DNA of 64,000 nucleotides from an uncultured Gemmatimonadales bacterium (GTDB lineage Bacteria; Gemmatimonadota; Gemmatimonadetes; Longimicrobiales; Longimicrobiaceae): NCBI GenBank assembly GCA_963716255.1, contig OY970303.1, positions 2,752,001 to 2,816,000 of the forward strand, read 5' to 3'. Shown piece by piece: positions 63,601 to 64,000 of this stretch (position 1 is its first letter; each line of letters starts with the position of its first letter). The notes under the pieces were generated by a model. It saw only the letters and a program-made list of their open reading frames with translations, ran no database searches and was not told where the DNA came from. The position numbers and the translations under genes were made by a program.

Positions 63601-64000
63601 CTACGCCACCCTTGCTATCCTCTGCTGCAGATCGGTGGGCGAAACGAACAACATCAAACGCTTGGGTCCTTTTCTTCGCTCGAGCAGACCGACGTCTGCG
63701 AGCTTGAGCAGATCAGCGCGGGCTGTTGCATAGCTGATGCTGTTCGAGTTCTTGTGCGATTCGATCGTGTAGAGGAAACGCGGGTGCTTCATGGCATGCC
63801 GGATGATGGCGAGTTGCCGGGAATTCAGTTGCTCCCGCAAGATTCGAGAGCTCTCGACCAGGAGCCGTGTCTCACGGAGTTCCCGTTGCTTGTCCTCCAA
63901 GTACGTATTCAGCTCCTGGATCGCTCGCAGGGTCACCTTCAGCTGCGACAGGATGAAATACGTGAGATCGTTGTTGTCTGTCTCCGTATACAGGAACGAG
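63601..64000 (-). CDS. C-terminal part of a probable Fic-family protein (starts outside the window)
   Basis: FLYTETDNNDLTYFI...LNSRQ...SYATARADLLKL resembles the C-terminus/HTH of Fic proteins; catalytic motif not in the window; lower GC. Confidence 0.55.
   Translation of the reverse strand, partial: SFLYTETDNNDLTYFILSQLKVTLRAIQELNTYLEDKQRELRETRLLVESSRILREQLNSRQLAIIRHAMKHPRFLYTIESHKNSNSISYATARADLLKLADVGLLERRKGPKRLMLFVSPTDLQQRIARVA

Overview
Very GC-rich bacterial chromosomal window with about 50 genes. Gene content (many lipoproteins, a PadR plus duplicated-permease pair, a DUF5117-type metalloprotease, TPR-associated peptide genes) suggests Gemmatimonadota; this is inference only. Housekeeping and accessory genes include lon, a sigma-70 factor, rsgA, thiC with a TPP riboswitch, an ABC-F ATPase, several peptidases (S8, M16 pair, M1, NlpC/P60, GGT), SNF2 plus SWIM, and a Ser/Thr kinase. 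Main points of interest: (1) a soluble GAF histidine kinase, a TPR-only protein and a 70-aa secreted peptide carrying two copies of SGLLTGSN, an RRNPP-like peptide-signalling layout in a probable diderm; (2) a two-gene cassette between palindromic direct repeats, encoding a CHAT protease/P-loop NTPase/12x41-aa repeat NLR-like protein and a coupled small hydrophobic partner; (3) two families of intergenic structured repeats with clear covariation, a shared hairpin module and the same orientation just after stop codons; (4) an orphan protein with BLF1/CNF1-like deamidase motifs; (5) an Ala-start class 3 intein with a LAGLIDADG endonuclease in the SNF2 Walker A motif. No rRNA, tRNA, CRISPR array, integrase or transposase was seen. 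All calls come from motif reading by eye, with no database searches.
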